64,000 nucleotides of DNA from an uncultured Phycisphaerales bacterium. GTDB taxonomy: Bacteria; Planctomycetota; Phycisphaerae; Tepidisphaerales; Tepidisphaeraceae. The notes beneath the pieces are model-generated. The model worked only from the letters and a program-made list of their open reading frames with translations, was not told the DNA's origin and did no database searches. The number at the start of each line of letters is the position of its first letter. Position 1 is the first letter of the stretch. The translations under genes and the position numbers were made by a program. Below are positions 1 to 10,124 of the stretch, in pieces. The stretch lies in the NCBI GenBank assembly GCA_963758525.1, contig CAVWVQ010000003.1:2912001-2976000 (forward strand), written 5' to 3'.

Positions 1-1
1 G

Positions 2-214
2 AAGAACCCGAACTTCGCCGCGATGGCCGAGGCGTTTGGCATCAAGGGCATTCGCTGCGATCGCAAGGAAGACGTGGCCAAGACCGTCGATCAGATGCTC
101 TCGCATCCGGGGCCGGTGCTGGTCGATTTCTTCGTCGAGCCCAACGAGCACGTCTATCCGATGGTCCCCAGCGGCAAAGGCCTCCACGAGATGGAGCTGG
201 GAACGCTGGCGTAA
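2..214 (+). CDS. ilvB: Acetolactate synthase large subunit, C-terminal fragment (truncated by window edge)
   Basis: NPNFAAMAEAFG...GPVLVDF...EHVYPMVPSG matches the AHAS large-subunit C-terminus. Confidence 0.85.
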   Translation, partial: KNPNFAAMAEAFGIKGIRCDRKEDVAKTVDQMLSHPGPVLVDFFVEPNEHVYPMVPSGKGLHEMELGTLA

Positions 215-630
215 ACGCGGGTCGCACATTCCTCGTCTTCGTGTGTAGCCGTCGAGCTTTGCTCGCGGCTAATCTTCTGGTGCGCGACGTTCCGGATTCT
301 TGAAGTCGTGAATCCACGTTGAGCGCAAATTTTCCCCGTGCAAGTGCGGCAACCCGTCACGGCTACGTGTGCCGCTGACGATCACTGCTCGCACTGATAG
401 GGATGCTCACTGACCGGTCTGAAGCAAGCTGAACTATAAGTAATGCTGCGACCGCTGTTTGCCGCAGGCACAGCAACAGCGCATCTCGCCCAAGCCAAAA
501 ATTATCACTGAATTCGGTGGGCGTGGACCCGAGGAATGCAGTTTGCGTCAGTTCAGTTCGTCTTCGCAACCGGACGGCATGGTTCATGAGGCGCGTAGCC
601 TTGCGACGTGTGGTTCTTTTGGAGAACGTC

Positions 631-1182
631 ATGAAAACTCGATCTGCATTTGTCACGATATTGGCCACGTCGGCGCTGATCCTGGCCGGCTGCGCCACAG
701 AACCTACCACCGAGACTGGGAGGGAGAACCTGGATCAGTCCGTCAGAAACGTGATGGCAAAGATGCAGGATCAGGATCCCAGCATGAAGGACTTTCTCGG
801 CCGATCGTATGCCTACGTCGTGTTCCCGACGGTTGCCACCGGCGGAGTGGTGGTGGGCGGGAGCTACGGACACGGAGAGGTCTTCATGGGCGGCAAGATG
901 ATCGGATATGCCGACATCACCCAGCTCACGGCTGGAGCCACGATTGGCGGCGCGGCTTTCACCGAGATCATTGCCTTTGAGAATCAGGCAGCCCTGCAAC
1001 GATTCAAAGACAATAAGCTTTCGGTCGAGACGACAGCATCCGCTGTGCTTCTCAAGTCCGGCGCGGCAGAGAGTGCAACCTATAAGGACGGCTTTATCGT
1101 CTTCGCGCAACCGCGCGAAGGAGCTATGGCGTCAGCGGCCGTCGGTGGGCAATCGTTCAGCTTCCAGCCCGTTACCCAATAG
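631..1182 (+). CDS. YSC84/SYLF-like lipoprotein
   Basis: ATG 631 after GGAGA; lipobox LAGC; AYVVFPTV..GG.VVGG.YG.G and G.M.SAAVGGQ.F motifs. Confidence 0.75.
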   Translation: MKTRSAFVTILATSALILAGCATEPTTETGRENLDQSVRNVMAKMQDQDPSMKDFLGRSYAYVVFPTVATGGVVVGGSYGHGEVFMGGKMIGYADITQLTAGATIGGAAFTEIIAFENQAALQRFKDNKLSVETTASAVLLKSGAAESATYKDGFIVFAQPREGAMASAAVGGQSFSFQPVTQ

Positions 1183-1207
1183 CGGCAGCCCCCGAATCCT
1201 TGAATTT

Positions 1208-1244
1208 GCACCCATGGGCGAGTCGCCCATGGGTGCTTTCGTTT
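1208..1244 (+). terminator. Intrinsic terminator
   Basis: GCACCCATGGGCGA/TCGCCCATGGGTGC perfect inverted repeat followed by TTTCGTTT, just after stop 1182. Confidence 0.7.
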
Positions 1245-1270
1245 GACTCAGTGTTTACTATTTGGGGTGC

Positions 1271-1970
1271 ATGCGACCTGAAACATTCCGTACGCGTCCG
1301 CCGATTTCGCACGCCCTGCTAATCGGGTGTCTCTGTCTTTGTGTCAGCGCCGACGCGCCCGCACCGCCGCCCCCGTCGCATCAGATCGTCGAAGAAGCTC
1401 GCCACATTCTTGCGGAGATGAAAGAATCTCATTACAGCCACGAGACGCATGTGGATGAATCGGCTGGTGTTTACGACGTCGACTGCTCCGGCCTGCTCTG
1501 CTACCTCCTGGCAGGTTGCGCCCGAGCACCTGGCGGTGGTTCCATCATCCAAGCGTCATGGCCGGCCGCTGGCGCTGCAATTTTACGATACCTTCAGCGC
1601 CGCCTCGGCCGAGCCGGCCGGCACCGCCGGTTGGCGCCACATCCTGCGGGTCGCCGATGCGAGGCCGGGCGACGTTTTCGTCTGGCGGCTCGAACATCAG
1701 GAAGCGGGAAAAGACACCGGCCACGTCATGATCGTCGACGAACCGCCGGTCGAAGACGGCGAGAATGTCTATCGTGTGCGCGTCATCGATTCGTCCGAGT
1801 CCCCCCATTCCCACGATACCCGCCAAACCGGAACCACCGGCATCGGCCGCGGCACAATGTGGTTCGTCACGGACAGCGACGGCCATCCCGTCGGCTACCA
1901 CTGGAAGCTCCGCACCGGCAAACTGCACGATATGACGATCGCCTTGGGGCGGGCCGTCGAGACTCGGTAA
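1271..1970 (+). CDS. Secreted NlpC/P60-like cysteine hydrolase (one frameshift near 1510)
   Basis: Hydrophobic N-terminus and YDVDCSG in ORF 1262 frame; continues in ORF 1449 frame with RPGDVFVW...DTGHVMIV. Confidence 0.5.
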
Positions 1971-2116
1971 ATCGTTTGGTTGTTGAGCATGCTTTGCCCC
2001 TCGCTAGCTGGGCATGCGGCGCGACCACAGTTCTATTCTCACCCGCTTTATTATCGGCATCGAAGTGATTCTAAAGCGTCTTGGTCACCGGAGCCCGTCC
2101 GCTTACAATCGCCAAG

Positions 2117-2926
2117 ATGGAACTCGACAAGGCGCTCATTCCTGAAGTCGTCGAGCAAGTCAATTTTTACTTGCGGGGCGAGCGGCACGAGCAGCTTGAG
2201 GAATCGAGCATTGCAAAGGATAAATGGCTCGAATGCCTGAAACGGACCAAATTGCCCGGCAGAACCGATGGCAAGTCGTTGGGGACCTGCATCGAGAAGC
2301 TATTGAAGGCAGAGCTTTCGCGGAAGCTAGGAATGTCTCTGCATGGTAGCGCGGCATCGGGCGTTGACATCATCGAACTGTCGCTCAACACGAAGGCGAC
2401 ATCTGACAAACAGCCGCAGTCGAGTGAGCCATTCGATTCACCATACGAACGCGTACTTGGCGCGAAGTTCGATATCTTTGTTTGTGTCTATAACGGTATT
2501 GAGTTCCTCCAATCGCAGAAGAACGCGCCGATCCAGATAACTGCAGCAATGTACTATAATCGGACGGAAGTTGCTGACCAACAATTATGTGAGAGCGCGA
2601 GACTCCTTCGCGATGCTGTTGACGATAGTGTGGTGGATGATGAAACAGCCAGGCACGCGCTGCGGACGATCGTCTACGCCAGAAAAACCGCTGCCGGGTA
2701 CAAGACACTACATTTAGGACTCGAACGCCGAGAGGTCGTCGTCATCAAAACAGCCGTGGAGGCATATGAAGAGGTCATGGCCGAGAAGGGCAAGATCGAG
2801 CTGCCAAAGCCTGCCGAGTGGGCGGCATTCAAAGACGGGCCCTTGAACGGCAAAATTTCCATCTCGTTCGCGCTTCAGTGGCGGTATCAATACAATCCAA
2901 ACGCTACAGGCGTGAGATATTTCTAG
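2117..2926 (+). CDS. Type II restriction endonuclease, NspV-like (divergent)
   Basis: TDGKSLGT.IE, GSAASGVD, KATS.KQPQSS.PF and IS.ALQWRYQY match motifs recalled for the R.NspV family; lies next to an adenine MTase. Confidence 0.7.
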   Translation: MELDKALIPEVVEQVNFYLRGERHEQLEESSIAKDKWLECLKRTKLPGRTDGKSLGTCIEKLLKAELSRKLGMSLHGSAASGVDIIELSLNTKATSDKQPQSSEPFDSPYERVLGAKFDIFVCVYNGIEFLQSQKNAPIQITAAMYYNRTEVADQQLCESARLLRDAVDDSVVDDETARHALRTIVYARKTAAGYKTLHLGLERREVVVIKTAVEAYEEVMAEKGKIELPKPAEWAAFKDGPLNGKISISFALQWRYQYNPNATGVRYF

Positions 2927-2937
2927 GCCGAGAAACT

Positions 2938-4491
2938 ATGCTTCGCGTAAAGACAAACACAATCGCTGAGTTTGGTGATTTTCAGACCCCACGCCTTCTT
3001 GCCGACCGGGTGTGTGCGCTTCTGAAGGACATGGGCATCATGCCTGCGGCTATCGTTGAACCGACCTGCGGGCGAGGCGCGTTCCTGTTTGCCGCGGCCG
3101 ATTGCTGGCCTGCAGCCCAGAAGGTGACTGGGTTCGACATAAACTCAGCGTATCTTGATTCCACACAGACCATTGCTTTGCAGCGTCCGGACGCGACGCG
3201 CATTAAGACCGAGTGCCGAGACTTCTTTTCGACGGACTGGCGTGGCCTCATTTCAGAATTGCCGGACCCGCTTCTCCTCATCGGCAACCCACCCTGGGTA
3301 ACCAGCGCGCAGGTCGGCAGCCTTGGCGGATCGAACGTCCCTGAGAAATCCAATTTCCAACGACATAACGGTCTCGATGCAATCACTGGCAGAGCGAATT
3401 TCGATATCTCCGAATGGATGCTCATCAAGTTGACGGAGGCCGCACAATCGCGGCGCGGAGTACTCGCCATGCTGGTGAAGACTGTCGTCGCTCGAAAGGC
3501 CTTGGCACATTGCTGGTCTGCGCGGGTACCGGTCAATGACGCGTCAATCTATCGGATCGACGCCGCAGAACATTTCAACGCTGCCGTCGACGCTTCGCTG
3601 GTCGTCATCCAGTTCGGAGAATCCGCACCGTCTCATCGCGCCCAGATCTTCGGCCAACTCTCCCGCACGATTCGTCCAATTGCAACCATCGGGATGGAAG
3701 ACGGCACCCTCGTTGCGAACCTCGACGCTTATAATGCAACGAAACACCTTGCCGGTCGTTCTCGCTTGCGATGGCGATCGGGAATCAAGCACGACTGTTC
3801 AAAGATGATGGAGCTGGAAATTTCCGGCCGACATCTAAAGAACGGATTAGGCGAATCCCTCGATCTGGAGCCGGACTACCTCTTCCCTATGTTCAAGACC
3901 TCAGAGGTTGCTGGTGGTCACGTTAATATGTGTCGCCGTCGGATGATTGTCACCCAGCGTTCCATCGGCGAAGAGACCATTCATATCGCTGATCGCGCAC
4001 CCAAAACATGGTCGTATCTTCAACGCCATCGCGCGCTCTTCGCCAAGCGTGCAAGTTCAATTTATCGGGGGAAGCCGGAATTCTCGATATTCGGCGTGGG
4101 CGACTACACTTTCTCCCCGTGGAAGATCGCGATTTCTGGCATGTACAAGAGTCTCCGGTTTGTGAAGGTGGGGCCGCACGCCGCGCAGCCAGTTGTGTTT
4201 GACGATACAACCAACTTCATTCCATGTCCCTCAGAAGCGGCGGCGACGTTATTGTTTTCGCTATTAGAAAGTGACGAAGCCGGGACATTTTTTAAGTCTT
4301 TCATCTTTTGGGATGCCAAGCGACCAATAACTGTCGACCTGCTTGGGCGATTGAACCTTTACGCACTCGCGGATAGCCGTGGTGTCTCGGCCCTGTTTGC
4401 TGAGCTTTTTGGCGCAAGCACCGAAAAACCCGTGAGGAAAATTCGCGTGTCACCAAAGGTGGCGGAAGAACCTTTGCTCTGGCCGCGATGA
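2938..4491 (+). CDS. N6-adenine DNA methyltransferase, M.NspV-like
   Basis: EFGDFQTP, motif I VEPTCGRGAF, motif IV GNPPW, WRSGIKHDCSK, FGVGDYTFSPWKIAISG. Confidence 0.85.
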   Translation: MLRVKTNTIAEFGDFQTPRLLADRVCALLKDMGIMPAAIVEPTCGRGAFLFAAADCWPAAQKVTGFDINSAYLDSTQTIALQRPDATRIKTECRDFFSTDWRGLISELPDPLLLIGNPPWVTSAQVGSLGGSNVPEKSNFQRHNGLDAITGRANFDISEWMLIKLTEAAQSRRGVLAMLVKTVVARKALAHCWSARVPVNDASIYRIDAAEHFNAAVDASLVVIQFGESAPSHRAQIFGQLSRTIRPIATIGMEDGTLVANLDAYNATKHLAGRSRLRWRSGIKHDCSKMMELEISGRHLKNGLGESLDLEPDYLFPMFKTSEVAGGHVNMCRRRMIVTQRSIGEETIHIADRAPKTWSYLQRHRALFAKRASSIYRGKPEFSIFGVGDYTFSPWKIAISGMYKSLRFVKVGPHAAQPVVFDDTTNFIPCPSEAAATLLFSLLESDEAGTFFKSFIFWDAKRPITVDLLGRLNLYALADSRGVSALFAELFGASTEKPVRKIRVSPKVAEEPLLWPR

Positions 4492-4527
4492 GGGGGCCGT
4501 GCCGAGGAAATCTACTCAGGCTGTAAT

Positions 4528-4556
4528 TTGACAATCCATAGCCGTCTGGTTATGAT
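4528..4556 (+). promoter_or_regulatory. sigma70-type promoter
   Basis: TTGACA (4528-4533), 17 bp spacer, TATGAT (4551-4556), upstream of the DUF1801 cassette. Confidence 0.7.
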
Positions 4557-4571
4557 TTGAAGCCAAACGAG

Positions 4572-4946
4572 ATGGCAGGCAAGCGCGCAAAAACGATCGC
4601 CGAATATATCCGGGCTGCCCCGCGCGAGGGCCAGCCGCATTTGCGCCGGCTGTACGCGATCCTCAAGAGCGTCGCGCCGCAGGCCCAGGAGACGATCAAG
4701 TGGGGAACCCCCTTCTTCGTGGAGCCTCGCTTCCTGTTCGCGTTCTCAGCCCACAAGGCACACTGCAATTTCGCGCCGACGCCGACGGCGCTGGAGCCAT
4801 TTCGCAAGGAGTTGGAAAAGCACGCGACGACCGTGAACACCCTTCAGATTCCCTACGACAAGCCGCTGCCGGAGGATCTGGTTCGCAAGATCGCTGAGTA
4901 CCGTCTCCGGTCGGTGCGTGAACGGGAAGACGACGCTTTCTGGTAA
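4572..4946 (+). CDS. DUF1801/YdhG-like protein
   Basis: TIAEYI..AP, ETIKWGTP.F, QIPYDKPLPEDLVRKI. Confidence 0.8.
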   Translation: MAGKRAKTIAEYIRAAPREGQPHLRRLYAILKSVAPQAQETIKWGTPFFVEPRFLFAFSAHKAHCNFAPTPTALEPFRKELEKHATTVNTLQIPYDKPLPEDLVRKIAEYRLRSVREREDDAFW

Positions 4947-5017
4947 CTCCATCCGCCAGGCACGCACGGCCTGTCTGATTCGTCCGATGAGATGACTTTG
5001 TTTGAGAGCATCACGAA

Positions 5018-5605
5018 ATGAACAGAACGAATCCCAAGGTCGAGTTCTATTTTAAAAAAGCGAAACAATGGCGGGAAGAATATGAGAAGTTGAGAATGAT
5101 CATACTGCGTTGCGAGCTCAACGAAGAACTGAAGTGGGGCTGTCCTTGTTATACGTCCCAGCAAAAAAACATCGTCTTGATTCATGGATTCAAGGAATAC
5201 TGCGCATTGATGTTTTTCAAGGGCGCCCTGTTGAAGGACGCCAATGGTATTCTGATCCAGCAAACGGAGAATGTGCAGGCGGGCCGCCAGATTCGGTTCA
5301 CGAGCGTTCGTGAAATACGGAAGATGGAGCCCATCTTGAAAGCCTACATTAATGAAGCTATCGCGGTGGAAAAAGCCGGCTTGAAAGTGACTTTGAAGAG
5401 GACTCCGGAACCTGTACCAGAAGAGCTTCAACATCAATTGGATGAGATCCCTGCCCTAAAAACGGCATTTGATGCACTGACGCCGGGACGGCAAAGGGGA
5501 TACCTCCTTTACTTTTCTTCAGCCAAGCAATCCAAAACTCGAGAGTCAAGGGTTGAAAAATGCATACAGCGGATTCTCGATGGAAAGGGATTGAATGATG
5601 AGTAA
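5018..5605 (+). CDS. YdeI/OmdA-associated family protein (DUF1801 plus OmdA domains)
   Basis: EELKWGCPCY, IHGFKEYCALMFFKGALLKD, AFDALTPGRQRGY, AKQSKTRESR. Confidence 0.85.
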   Translation: MNRTNPKVEFYFKKAKQWREEYEKLRMIILRCELNEELKWGCPCYTSQQKNIVLIHGFKEYCALMFFKGALLKDANGILIQQTENVQAGRQIRFTSVREIRKMEPILKAYINEAIAVEKAGLKVTLKRTPEPVPEELQHQLDEIPALKTAFDALTPGRQRGYLLYFSSAKQSKTRESRVEKCIQRILDGKGLNDE

Positions 5606-5909
5606 AGCCACCAAACGTTCGATTCTTCGCTTCATTCACCTGGTCTTGAGCATTCCGATGCTCGGGTACATTTATGGTAATCCGTCGGACGTTGCGCAGT
5701 ACGCCGGCGCTGCTCGGTTCGTTTTCGTTCCCGCTATCATCCTGACGGGATTGTGGATGTATGCAGGCGTCATTTTCGCCGCCGTTGGCGCTGCGGCATG
5801 GCTCGGTGCAAATGGCCTGTCTGGATACGGGGCGGCGGTCCTGAGTCAGGTCGCGCTCTTTATCGGGCGCAGGATTTGGTTGGTGATTCGTGCGCGACGG
5901 GCAAAGTGA
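5595..5909 (+). CDS. Small membrane protein
   Basis: Three to four hydrophobic segments; overlaps upstream stop codon. Confidence 0.6.
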   Translation: MMSKATKRSILRFIHLVLSIPMLGYIYGNPSDVAQYAGAARFVFVPAIILTGLWMYAGVIFAAVGAAAWLGANGLSGYGAAVLSQVALFIGRRIWLVIRARRAK

Positions 5910-5926
5910 TCGGACCTATCCACGCC

Positions 5927-6250
5927 ATGCAAACCGTAGCAAACGATGTTTTCCGAGCCCTGGGCGACCCAACCCGTCGGGCGATTTTCGAGCGATTAGC
6001 CCGCGAGGGGGAACAGACGGTGCGCGCCTTGACCGATCGTGCCGGCGTTTCGCAGCCGGCGGTGTCCAAGCACCTGGGCGTTCTGAAGCACGCCAGATTG
6101 GTGCGCGACCGGCGCGACGGACGCGAGACGCACTACAGCGTGCAACCGCAAGCGCTGGCGCCGCTGGTGGACTGGATAAGTGATTACGGCGTCTTTTGGC
6201 GCGGCCGATTTGATCGCCTCGAAGCCCTGTTAAACGAGATGGAAAAATGA
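5927..6250 (+). CDS. ArsR/SmtB-family transcriptional regulator
   Basis: VFRALGDPTRRAI, VSQPAVSKHL.VL..A.LV helix-turn-helix. Confidence 0.9.
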   Translation: MQTVANDVFRALGDPTRRAIFERLAREGEQTVRALTDRAGVSQPAVSKHLGVLKHARLVRDRRDGRETHYSVQPQALAPLVDWISDYGVFWRGRFDRLEALLNEMEK

Positions 6251-6663
6251 CCAATCCAACTGCCACCGTGGTCGTCGAGAGGGAAATGCCGCATCCGCCA
6301 GAGAAAATCTGGCGTGCCCTCACGCAAGCCTCATTGATGGAAGCGTGGCTGATGCCCAACGACTTTCAACCAGTCGTTGGGCATCAGTTCACTTTGCGCA
6401 CCAAGCCGATGCCGAAGTGGGACGGTGTGATCCGTTGCGAAGTGTTGACCATCGAGCCTTATAGCCGGCTTTCCTATGGCTGGAATGCCTTGGGCTTGCA
6501 GTCGGTTGTCACCTGGACGCTGACCCCCCGCAACGGCGGCACGCACGTTCGCATGGAGCATTCCGGTTTTCCGTCGGAAAAGAGTGCTTCCTACCAGGGC
6601 GCCAGCTACGGATGGCAAGGGTTCATCGCCAGCCTGGAGCGTGTCGTTGGGGGATTGGCCTGA
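6247..6663 (+). CDS. SRPBCC/AHSA1-domain protein
   Basis: HPPEKIWRALT, WLMPNDF.P.VG, VTWTL.P..GGT..RMEHSGF; start overlaps ArsR stop. Confidence 0.85.
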   Translation: MTNPTATVVVEREMPHPPEKIWRALTQASLMEAWLMPNDFQPVVGHQFTLRTKPMPKWDGVIRCEVLTIEPYSRLSYGWNALGLQSVVTWTLTPRNGGTHVRMEHSGFPSEKSASYQGASYGWQGFIASLERVVGGLA

Positions 6664-6700
6664 CGACTGGAAGAGGCGTCGTCGCCGAGACAAGAGTCCT

Positions 6701-6780
6701 TCTACGTTCGAAATCACCCTCACCCCATCCCTCTCCCGGAATACCGGGAGAGGGGGTAGGACGCAACGACGGTCGTGCGC
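6701..6780. repeat. REP family A (CCCTCTCCCGG-aatac-CGGGAGAGGG) with flanks
   Basis: Near-identical to ~33808-33885; related cores at ~17818, ~19146, 44015, ~55074, 58664-58798, ~62535. Confidence 0.75.
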
Positions 6781-6822
6781 GCGGCTTCTCCTCCCTGGGC
6801 GCGTTGGCTACACTTTGTTCAC

Positions 6823-7554
6823 TTGATCGGCGTATACGACTATCACAAGGCCTATCGCGAGAAAATCGCGGTGGCGGGGCTGAGCTTTGAAGTGCAGCCG
6901 GGCCAAATTCTGGGGTTGCTCGGCCCCAACGGCGCCGGAAAAACCACGACGATGCGCGCCATCTCCGGGATCATCGCACCGACTTCCGGACGCCTCGTCG
7001 TGGACGGCCACGACGTCGTGCGGCAGCCGGTGGCGGCCAAGTCGGCGCTCGCCTATGTTCCCGACGATCCGCACCTTTTTGATACGCTCACCGTCTGGGA
7101 GCACCTGGAATTTATCGCGTCGGCTTATCGCGTGGCAAACTTTGAAGGTGCTGCCAGCGCGTTGCTCGCTCGTTTTCAGCTTGACGATCAGCGCAACACG
7201 ATCGCGCAGGAACTCTCCCGCGGCATGCGCCAGAAAGTCGCGATCTGCTGCGCCTACCTCCACGAACCCAAGGCGATTCTCTTCGACGAGCCGATGACCG
7301 GCCTCGATCCGCGCGGGATCCGCACCATGAAGGAAACGGTCGTCGAACGCGCCAAAACCGGAGCCGCGTTTTTGATCAGCTCGCACCTGCTGGCCCTGGT
7401 GGAGGATCTGTGCAGTCATCTGGTGATTCTGCACCACGGCAAATGTCTGTTCGTCGGCCCCTTGCACGACGCCAGGACCGCCTTCGCCGCCGCAGGCGCG
7501 GACGATTCGCTGGAAGAGTTGTTTTTCAGGGCCACCGAGGCGGTGAGCGGGTGA
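6823..7554 (+). CDS. ABC transporter ATP-binding protein
   Basis: Walker A GPNGAGKTT, signature LSRGMRQK, Walker B ILFDEP; likely TTG start at 6823. Confidence 0.9.
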   Translation: MIGVYDYHKAYREKIAVAGLSFEVQPGQILGLLGPNGAGKTTTMRAISGIIAPTSGRLVVDGHDVVRQPVAAKSALAYVPDDPHLFDTLTVWEHLEFIASAYRVANFEGAASALLARFQLDDQRNTIAQELSRGMRQKVAICCAYLHEPKAILFDEPMTGLDPRGIRTMKETVVERAKTGAAFLISSHLLALVEDLCSHLVILHHGKCLFVGPLHDARTAFAAAGADDSLEELFFRATEAVSG

Positions 7555-7587
7555 TGGGAAGGGTGAACGGGTGATTGGTGATTGGAA

Positions 7588-7845
7588 CGTGACGAGAAGG
7601 AATAAAACGTGAAACGTGAAACGTGAGAAACACGAAGATGCGCCTCCGGTCAGGTCTTCACGTTTCACGTTTCAGTTTTCACGTTTCATCGCTGCTGCAA
7701 TGCCCAACGCGCTTCGTGACGAGAAGGAATAAAACGTGAAGACGTGAAACGTGAGAAACACGAAGATGCGCTTCCGGTCACGTCTTCACGTTTCACGTTT
7801 CAGTCTTCACGTGTGATCGCTGCTGCAATATGCCCAACGCGCTTC
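7588..7845. repeat. ~127 bp tandem duplication built from AAACGTG/CACGTTT heptamers
   Basis: Units begin at 7588 and 7715 (CGTGACGAGAAGGAATAAAACGTGAA...GCCCAACGCGCTTC). Confidence 0.9.
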
Positions 7846-9442
7846 TCCATCTCATGCGCCTGCAGCTCCGCGGCCTTGCCCGGCGGTCGACGCGTGGTGC
7901 GCGATCGCCACGAACTTTGGCGATGTTTGCCATCGGCAGCCTTCTGCTGGGAGTGTCGCTGGGGACGAACTTCTTCTTCCGTCGCCCGCCGTCTGATCCA
8001 CAGCGCGTGCGGATGGCCGCGCCGTTTGCGCTGCTGGCCATCTGCGTGCTGACGCTCATTACTTCCGCGGGCGACCGCGCGATCAGCTTCACGCCCGGCG
8101 AGGTCGACATGCTGTTCCCCGGACCGTTCACGCGCCGCCGGCTCATCCTCTACAAGCTCACCAAAAGCACGTTCGCGGCAATGCTCTCGGCGCTGTTTCT
8201 CTCGGCAGTGCTCCATCGCCACGCGAGATGGTGGCCGGCGGGCTACCTGGGAATCCTCCTCTCGCTGTTGTTCATCCAATTCTTCAGCATCAACGCGGTC
8301 ATCGCCGCCCAAACGCTGGGAGCCCGGCTGCGAAGCCGGGCGCGCTTCGCGATCTTGATCGGTCTGCTCGCGGCTGGCGTCGTCACCGCCCGGCAGGTGC
8401 TTGCCGGGGCGCTCCGGTTGGCGGCGATCAGATGATGCAGCGCATCACCTATTCTTCTGTCGGAAGTGTCCTGCTGTTCCCGTTCTCATTTTTCGGAGAA
8501 ACGATCACTGCCGAGACGTTCCCCGCGCTGATGCGCTGGAGCGTCCCCGCGATGGCAATGGACGCCGCGCTGCTGCTGCTTCTGCTCATGCTTGACGCGC
8601 ACTACCTGGAAGCCGCGTCGGTCGCCAGCGAACGCCGCTACGCGCAGCTGCAGCGCATTCGCGGGGGTTCGGTCCTCTCAATCGGCGTTTCGGGCAATGC
8701 CCGCTGGCACATCGCGCAGCCGCCATTTCTTGGTGGAATCGGTCCGATTCTCTGGCGGCAAATGACCGTGGCCGTCCGTAGTTCCAAGGGACTGCTCTTT
8801 CTGCTGCTCATTCTCGCCGTCGGCGCCACCCCCCTGATATACAGCACGGGCCGCCAGACGCAGCACTTTGCGACAACCTTCGCGAGTGTCGCCGTCTGGC
8901 TCACGCTGCTGGTCTCGACGATGTTGAAGTTCGACTTCCGCGGCGACCTGGACCTCATGGACGTCCTCAAGTCGCTGCCGCTGCATCCCTGGGCGATCGC
9001 CGCAGGCCAGCTCATCGCGCCCTCTCTGTTGCTGGGAGCCACCCACCTCGCGCTGCTCGCGGTGGCGGCGCGCGCGGCTCCGCATCACAACTCGGCGTTC
9101 GCTTGCGCCGCCGCGCTGGTGTTGCCGTTGGACTTCCTGCTCTTTGCCGTGGAAAATCTCCTCTTTCTGCTCTTCCCCACGCGCCCGGCCGCCGCCAGCC
9201 CGGGTGATTTTCAGATTCTGGGCCGCCAGGCGATGGTCCTGAGCGGGAAAATGATAGCGCTGGCCATCATCGTGATGCCTCCGCTGGCGATTGCCTTTCT
9301 CGTCTACGCGCTAACGCGCGAATCGCTCGCCGCGTTCGCGATCGCCGCGGCAGTTCTCATCATCGCGGAGGTTTTGGCGATGATCCCGATCATCGGCTGG
9401 GCGTTTGCACGGTTTGACCCCAGCATCCACACCCCCGCGTGA
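7830..9442 (+). CDS. Putative ABC exporter membrane protein (frameshift near 8410)
   Basis: Multi-TM; FTPGEVDMLFPGPFTRR.L..Y in first frame and DFRGDLD.MD.LKSLP in second; follows the ABC ATPase. Confidence 0.7.
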
Positions 9443-9448
9443 TCCACC

Positions 9449-9999
9449 ATGCACGTGCAAACGCACATCATGTCCGGCTGGGTCGCCGCCAACTATCTCG
9501 ATCTGACCCCGCGCAGCGCGGCTTCTGCATGATCTCGGCATCGATTGCCGACCTCGACGGCCTGAGCATTCTCTTCGGGCAGAACGCCTACTGGACGTAT
9601 CACCATCTGCTCTGCCACGGCATCGTCTTCGCCACGCTCTTCTCCCTCGTCTTCGCCTGGCTTTCGCCGCCAGCGATCAAATCATTTTTAGTCTATTTCT
9701 CGCTGGGCCATCTGCATCTTCTGATGGATTACTACGGCTCGGGGCCGGGGTGGGACATTTTCTATCTCTACCCTTTTTCGCGCCGCTCGATTTTTAACCC
9801 GCATGCATGGAATCTTTATTCCTGGCAGAACCTCACCGCCGCCGGCGTGTTATTCACCTGGACGATCGTGATTGCGGTTCGTCGCGGGCGAACGCCGCTT
9901 GAGACAGTCATGCCGAGCCTGGATCGGCAGCTCGTCGAATTGCTGCGCGAGAAGCTTCCTTTTCTCGCGACCAATACGACTCGCGAATCCCATTCGTAG
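9449..9999 (+). CDS. Membrane metal-dependent hydrolase, YdjM-like (frameshift near 9510)
   Basis: MHVQTHIMSGW in first frame; ADLDG, YHH.LCH, HLHLLMD, LYPF in second. Confidence 0.7.
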
Positions 10000-10065
10000 G
10001 GCAGGATTTATCCCCCCGCTTCCATCGATGCACGACCGCGAACGGCGGGATAAATCCCGCCCTAC
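9996..10065. repeat. REPIN family B (GTAGGGCGGGATTCATCCCGCC-type inverted doublet)
   Basis: GTAGGGCAGGATTTATCCC...GGCGGGATAAATCCCGCCCTAC; other copies at 18947, 23362, 33937, 36137. Confidence 0.8.
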
Positions 10066-10124
10066 GTGAATTGCGGCAAATCCACTCTGCTGAAGTTGGC
10101 GATCAGCCGCTAAAATGCCTCCTC

